Shown here piece after piece: positions 58,638 to 64,000 of a stretch of 64,000 nt of DNA. The first letter of the stretch is position 1. Each line of letters starts with the position of its first letter. The DNA lies in UHGV virus genome UHGV-0091736. One strand, written 5' to 3'. The position numbers and the translations under genes were made by a program. The notes beneath the pieces are model-generated. The model was given only the letters and a program-made list of their open reading frames with translations, searched no databases and was not told the DNA's origin. This DNA is from a virus.

Positions 58638-59696
58638 ATGGCTAATCCAACTTTATTTGTATCGTATGACCAGAATGGTAAAAAACTTTCTTTTGCTAAC
58701 TGGATTTCTGTTCTGTCCCCTCAGGATACCCCGTTCGTATCCATGACCGGTAAAGAGTCTATCAACCAGACTATCTTTAGCTGGCAGACCGATGCACTGG
58801 CAAGCGTTGACGGTAATAACGCACACGTCGAAGGCTCTCGTGCTGAAGACGGCGAAATGAAACCGACTGTTATCAAGTCTAACGTTACTCAGATTCTGCG
58901 TAAGGTTGTTCGTGTTTCTGATACTGCTAACACCACCGCTAACTACGGTCGTGGTCGTGAACTGATGTATCAGCTGGAGAAGAAAGGTAAAGAGATCAAG
59001 CGTGACCTCGAGAAAATCCTTCTGTCCGGTCAGGCTCGTACCGACGTTCTGGCTGACCAGTACCTGACTAACTCTGCAACTGATCCTGCTGTTGTTGGTC
59101 TGAATGACACCCATGCAGCTCGTAAGACTGGTGCATTCCAGTTCCTGTGTGCTCACGGTGGTCTGGCTGGTGGTGTTGTTGACAAGACCAAGAATGGTCC
59201 TGCTGACCCGGATACTGGTGCAGTAACTGTTAAAGTTGCACAGAATGCTTCTAACCTGACCACTAACATTGGTTTCGACGAAGCTGATATCTTTGATATG
59301 ACTCTGCAACTGTATACCGCTGGTTCTGAAGCAGATATCATCATGATTAACCCGGCTCATGCTAAGATCTTCGCTGGTCTGCAAGAAAATACTCAGGGTT
59401 CACGTAAGCGTATCTTTGAGAACACCAAGCAGTTCATCTACGAAGTTAACAGCATCACTGACCCGCTGGGTCAGAGCTACAAAATCATCGTTAACCGTTG
59501 GATGCCTACCGATGCAGTTTACTTCTTCCGTAGCGCTGACTGGACTCAGATGGTTCTCCGTGCTCCGAAACGTACTGAACTGGCTAAGGACGGTTCTTAC
59601 GAGAAGTGGATGATTGAAATGGAAGTTGGTCTGCGTCACCGCAACCCATATGCTTCCGGCGTTCTGTTCACTGCTGCGGGAAAGGTGGCGGCGTAA
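58638..59696 (+). CDS. Major capsid protein (putative)
   Basis: 352-aa ORF after scaffold, followed by a strong terminator. Confidence 0.55.
   Translation: MANPTLFVSYDQNGKKLSFANWISVLSPQDTPFVSMTGKESINQTIFSWQTDALASVDGNNAHVEGSRAEDGEMKPTVIKSNVTQILRKVVRVSDTANTTANYGRGRELMYQLEKKGKEIKRDLEKILLSGQARTDVLADQYLTNSATDPAVVGLNDTHAARKTGAFQFLCAHGGLAGGVVDKTKNGPADPDTGAVTVKVAQNASNLTTNIGFDEADIFDMTLQLYTAGSEADIIMINPAHAKIFAGLQENTQGSRKRIFENTKQFIYEVNSITDPLGQSYKIIVNRWMPTDAVYFFRSADWTQMVLRAPKRTELAKDGSYEKWMIEMEVGLRHRNPYASGVLFTAAGKVAA
59678..59684 (+). promoter_or_regulatory. Candidate -1 programmed ribosomal frameshift site (G GGA AAG)
   Basis: X XXY YYZ heptamer in the capsid zero frame 10 nt before its stop; the -1 frame is open from 59618 to 60220. 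Confidence 0.55.
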
Positions 59697-60220
59697 CAGT
59701 AGACAGTGTGACTGTTAGCCCTGCGTCTTTAGCAAGTCTAGAGACAGGGGCTACTCGGCAGTTCACTGCAAGCGCGGAGAAAAGTGATGGTTCTACCGAA
59801 ACAACTGGCTTTACTTGGTCAGTGACAGGAGGTGGTTCTATCACTCAGTCGGGTTTGTATACTGCTCCGAGTGCGTCTCAATCCACTGATGTATCCATTA
59901 CTGCAACTTTAGAAGGTGTTTCTGGTACAGCAACCATTTCTGAAATTGTTGCTCCTGCTCCTACTATTGTGAGTCGTGGGCCAATTACAGGTAAAGTAGG
60001 TGGTACTACCACTAACTTCAACACCATGTTTACTGTAACTAATTCTATTGCTGATGATTATACACTTGTTGTAACTCCCGCAGAAGCTGGTACAATAAGC
60101 GCTAATAATTCGTTAAAATTAGATGCTGCTGCAAGTGGCGAAGTTACTGTTCAAGCTAGTTTGACAGCCACTCCGTCTATCAATGCAACATGCACTTTTA
60201 CTGGTGTAACACCTGCTTAA
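59685..60220 (+). CDS. Ig-like C-terminal extension of the capsid protein, made by the -1 frameshift
   Basis: No ATG (track start is GTG at 59708); Thr/Ser/Gly-rich beta-type sequence. Confidence 0.5.
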
Positions 60221-60227
60221 AACTAGA

Positions 60228-60256
60228 CCCTGCCTTCGGGCGGGGTTTTTCGTTTT
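60228..60256 (+). terminator. Rho-independent terminator after the capsid region
   Basis: Stem CCCTGCC/GGCGGGG, loop TTCG, TTTTT. Confidence 0.6.
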
Positions 60257-60278
60257 AAGACCTATACAAGCTAGTGTG

Positions 60279-60287
60279 TAATGTATA
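60279..60287 (+). promoter_or_regulatory. TAATGTATA promoter-like element
   Basis: Exact 9-mer 34 nt upstream of the ATG at 60321. Confidence 0.45.
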
Positions 60288-60320
60288 TTCTTTGTCTACA
60301 TATAACAAGGAGGACAACCT

Positions 60321-61073
60321 ATGGCAATGCCAGACGTTCAAAACCCAATCAATACCTACGGATGGCTTAAGAAGGCTGTGTCCCTCTGGGCTGACCGTGA
60401 TGACTCTGAATTTATCAATCAAATTCCAAACTTTATTAATTTTGCAGAGAAAGAGATTTATCGTAACTTACGTATTCCTCCTCTGGAAAAAGAAGTCTAT
60501 CTAGGGATTAAAGATGGTATAGCTTATATTCCACCAGATTATCTAGAGGCTCAATGGATGATGAGAGCTGTGGATGGTTCAATATTTCAAGTGACTTCTC
60601 CAGAAGAGATAAGCTATCGAAGACAGCATGGGGCTATTAACTCTTCACATTGGAATAACCAACCTGTTAATTTTGCACGGTTTGGAGCACGCTTCTTATT
60701 CTACCCTAGAATCAATGCAGATGTTCCACATTACCCTGATGATGGTAGTCCGATTGTTCCAGCAGAGAACTCCGTAATTTTAAGCTATTATGCAGATCCT
60801 CCGGAGTTTCATGAAGATGGTGATACAAGTGCGATTCTCACTATTGCACCAGAACTTCTTTTGTATTTTACTCTGAGGCATGCATGTTTATTTGTTCAAG
60901 ATGATAATGGGGTTCAAAAGTGGTCTGCTTTAGGTAAGGCTATTCTTGATGAGCTAGTAGAACAAAGTAAGAAACAAGAATACTCTGGTTCTCCAATTGC
61001 TATACCTAATAACATGTCTAGGCTCCAGAGCAGCTTGCCAGATGTTTATGGAATACGTACCTCACGAATATAA
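60321..61073 (+). CDS. Virion structural protein (possible head-tail adaptor or tail tube component)
   Basis: 250-aa ORF between capsid and tailspike genes. Confidence 0.35.
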   Translation: MAMPDVQNPINTYGWLKKAVSLWADRDDSEFINQIPNFINFAEKEIYRNLRIPPLEKEVYLGIKDGIAYIPPDYLEAQWMMRAVDGSIFQVTSPEEISYRRQHGAINSSHWNNQPVNFARFGARFLFYPRINADVPHYPDDGSPIVPAENSVILSYYADPPEFHEDGDTSAILTIAPELLLYFTLRHACLFVQDDNGVQKWSALGKAILDELVEQSKKQEYSGSPIAIPNNMSRLQSSLPDVYGIRTSRI

Positions 61074-61082
61074 GGAGATTTT

Positions 61083-64000
61083 ATGATCAGTTATAACAAC
61101 TCAGCACCTACATCTGTTAACAACGTAGGTCAGTTTGGTGCTACGGAAGGTTCTATTGGTGCTTATAAGTCAGCAGCTGAGTATGCGGCTGATGCTAAAT
61201 ATTGGGCGCTTCTCTCACAGACTAAGTATTCATCTGTAGAAGATATTCTAGCCGAAGTGGAACGTCTTTATGCTCAAGGACAGTTACTTGAGAGTGATAT
61301 TAAACAGCTTAGAGATGACTTTGAAGCACAGGAACAAGTACTCTTAGGTTTGATTCAATCCACAGGGACTGCAATTGACAATACCAATGCAGCTACAGAA
61401 CTATCTAGAGAAGCTACACAAGAAGTACTTGCTCAGTTAGATATCATCTCTAACATGACAGTTCAGACTGCACTACTCCCTCCGGGAAGCTTAGCAACTG
61501 GTTCCTATGATAACTCAACAGGCGTCTTTACTTTTGGTATTCCAGAAGGGCAACCCGGCCGTGATGGTACTGATGGAACAGTTAGCGATATTGGAAATGT
61601 TCCCGTTGGTGTTCCAGTTGTTGATGACTATGGATTCTATGTAGACAAGGACGACGGTGGGTTATACAGAGCTAATATGTCAGATATTGCCAATCTTGTT
61701 CCTTCTATCAGATCTATCTCTATCAATGGCGGCGCTGAGCAAACAGGTTCAGTGGTTTTTGATTCTGTCTCCACATTCAATGGACGTAAGGGTGCTGTAG
61801 TTCCTGCTACTGGAGACTACACAGCTGCTCAAGTGGGAGCTTTTAGTGTAACTAATAACCTATCCGAAATAACCGACACAAGTGCAGCTATTACAAATAT
61901 TGGACTCGCTGAGTATGGGATTGGTAGCCCTACCTTAACCACAGTGGAGGCTCTGGACTGGCAAACATTTAATTTTGTCAATGGAGGTAACTATTCAACA
62001 TTAATGTCGAATATTACAAATGCCCCTGCTGAGATAGCATATCCTGCCAATTTTGGGTTATATATTGAAGTCATTGGCGTACTTACAGGAGGAGGTGAGG
62101 TACGAGTGGTGCCACGGACAAACAATAATAACTACTACTCAGTTTTCTCTGTAAGGTGGACTGGAATAGTTGGTTCCCGAGTATTTACAGTACGAGAAGA
62201 GCTGTCTTCCGCTCGCCCTGTGACTATCTCTCAGGGTGGCACTGGATCTACTTCAGCAGAGAATGCTCGACTAGCTCTAGTTGCTGCAAAGAGTGGAGAT
62301 AACTCTGATATCACCTCTATGACTAACAAGGTTACTTTCACACAACCTCCAGTGGTTCCCGATGCTGTAGATGATAATAATGCAGTTACTTTGAGACAAT
62401 TGCGTAATAGTAGCGATTCTGATGGAGTCATAGCTAACAAACAAGCCATTGCCCGTAAGTTTGGTGTTGAGCAATCAGAGGTTGTTTACTTCTCCGCAGG
62501 AGCTGCACTAAGCGGCTATAAAGTCATCTATGACAAAGAGTCACAGAAGGCTTATTCTTTACCTACTGACCTTGATTCAGATGTTACTGCTATTAGTCTT
62601 AGTACTGCTGGGGTGCTAGTTCATTCTGCTGGTAATGTGGACTTGGGTGGATTAGCAGTTACTCGTGAAGAGTATGTTACTTTACCAGGTTCATTTTCTA
62701 CCGGGGTAACTGTTAATACTAAGAACGAGTTGGTTGTGTTTACTGATGGTAAATATCGTTGGGAAGGTACTTTACCTAAAGTGGTTGCTGCTGGTTCAAC
62801 TCCTGCATCAACGGGGGGTGTTGGTTCTGGTGCTTGGGTCAGTGTTGGTGTTATTTCACTAAGAACAACGATTTCTTCCACTACAGGTTCCACACTAGTT
62901 GGATATAAATATAAGTTGGAAAATTCTGCAAGTATCCGTAATGTTGCTGATGTTCTAAATGAACGGGTCAGTCTTTGGGATTTCCACTGTGACTCATCGG
63001 GTAATATTATTCAGCCGGGACCTTCCATTGACAGTCGCCCGTATTTGCAGAATGCAATTGATTTTGTTAGTTCTGTTGGTGGGGGTACTTTACTCATTCC
63101 TCAGGGTTACACTTGGTATCTGAATAGCATTAGCACAGGCCCCGTCTCTGGGCATAGCGGACTCATCCAGCTTAAGAGCAATGTAAGCATCAAGCTGGAC
63201 GGCACAGTTAAAGTAGGTCCTGCCTTAGCTAACAGTTCCTTCCAAGTCTTCGTGGGATTCACTGATGGTAATCCAGCTAACTCTGGTAACCTAGATAACT
63301 GCCATATATTTGGTGAAGGTAGTATTGACTTCGGGGGTTATGACTTCGCTGACGCAGGTCACTTGCGTAATGGTATCGCGTTTGGTAAGGGGTACAACTG
63401 TTCAGTAGACGGTATTACGTTCGTTAACGGTGACGTTACATGGGGTATAACTCTTGGATGGAACGGTTACGGTTCAGACTCGCACGTCCGCAACTGCCGC
63501 TTCATTAACCTTATCCAGAGTGAAGTTAACCGTGACCATAGTACTGTTTACGTTAACTGCCCATTCAGTGGAGTTAGCAACTGCACATTCCGTGCAAGCT
63601 CTGCGCGTGCCAAGGTAATTGCGTGTACGGTGGAACTGCATCAGCAGAACACCTACTACCGCAACAGTATCATCTCAGGTTATACACGTGGATGTTATGT
63701 AGCCCTGCATGGTGCTGAGTCTGCTGGTGCAGGTGCCTATCTGTATAATGCCGAAGTATCTGGGGTCATCGGAGATATCTCTGGTCAGGCTGTCATATTA
63801 GCGGCAGGCCCAGATGATACAGCTACTACATACATTAATGGTCTTACGGTATCTAACTGTCGATTCACTGCTGGAAACCACCCGGGTATGTGCAGCTTCA
63901 TCGACTTCTTCCAAGACGATAACTCTGACTCAAGTCAGTACCGCATCAATCACGTTACGGTTAAAGGGTGCAGCTTCATTGTCGATAGGGGCCGTTCTCT
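61083..64000 (+). CDS. Tailspike / tail fiber protein with beta-helix (pectate-lyase-like) domain, 3-prime partial
   Basis: ORF runs to window end; AAGGAG before ATG; C-terminal repeats NCHIFGEG, NCRFINL, NCTFRASS, NCRFTAGN, VKGCSF. Confidence 0.55.
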   Translation, partial: MISYNNSAPTSVNNVGQFGATEGSIGAYKSAAEYAADAKYWALLSQTKYSSVEDILAEVERLYAQGQLLESDIKQLRDDFEAQEQVLLGLIQSTGTAIDNTNAATELSREATQEVLAQLDIISNMTVQTALLPPGSLATGSYDNSTGVFTFGIPEGQPGRDGTDGTVSDIGNVPVGVPVVDDYGFYVDKDDGGLYRANMSDIANLVPSIRSISINGGAEQTGSVVFDSVSTFNGRKGAVVPATGDYTAAQVGAFSVTNNLSEITDTSAAITNIGLAEYGIGSPTLTTVEALDWQTFNFVNGGNYSTLMSNITNAPAEIAYPANFGLYIEVIGVLTGGGEVRVVPRTNNNNYYSVFSVRWTGIVGSRVFTVREELSSARPVTISQGGTGSTSAENARLALVAAKSGDNSDITSMTNKVTFTQPPVVPDAVDDNNAVTLRQLRNSSDSDGVIANKQAIARKFGVEQSEVVYFSAGAALSGYKVIYDKESQKAYSLPTDLDSDVTAISLSTAGVLVHSAGNVDLGGLAVTREEYVTLPGSFSTGVTVNTKNELVVFTDGKYRWEGTLPKVVAAGSTPASTGGVGSGAWVSVGVISLRTTISSTTGSTLVGYKYKLENSASIRNVADVLNERVSLWDFHCDSSGNIIQPGPSIDSRPYLQNAIDFVSSVGGGTLLIPQGYTWYLNSISTGPVSGHSGLIQLKSNVSIKLDGTVKVGPALANSSFQVFVGFTDGNPANSGNLDNCHIFGEGSIDFGGYDFADAGHLRNGIAFGKGYNCSVDGITFVNGDVTWGITLGWNGYGSDSHVRNCRFINLIQSEVNRDHSTVYVNCPFSGVSNCTFRASSARAKVIACTVELHQQNTYYRNSIISGYTRGCYVALHGAESAGAGAYLYNAEVSGVIGDISGQAVILAAGPDDTATTYINGLTVSNCRFTAGNHPGMCSFIDFFQDDNSDSSQYRINHVTVKGCSFIVDRGRS

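Overview
This window reads as a contiguous segment of a lytic tailed-phage genome, with a T7-like replication module and a phage-encoded ECF-like sigma factor. The plus strand carries a late structural operon (about 50.6-64 kb: small terminase, large terminase, portal, scaffold, capsid, tailspike), and the 5-prime-partial plus-strand gene at 1-3774 ends in a terminator. The minus strand carries a long early/middle region (about 3.98-46.3 kb) with replication, nucleotide-metabolism and many small genes. The most unusual content is a nine-gene enzyme module at 27.1-36.5 kb (gamma-glutamyl cyclotransferase-like, ATP-grasp ligase, class-II glutamine amidotransferase, amidoligase-like enzymes plus unknowns), which I could not match to a described pathway. 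Other notable items: three related HNH-carrying introns splitting DNA polymerase, primase-helicase and large terminase; an intein in the PhoH P-loop; a -1 frameshift site (GGGAAAG) at the capsid 3-prime end; a tRNA-Arg(UCU); nine tandem paralogous small proteins; and two ORF-poor repeat-rich regions (46.3-48.2 kb, 49.8-50.6 kb). All calls rest on reading the ORF translations and sequence by eye; no database search or folding was run.
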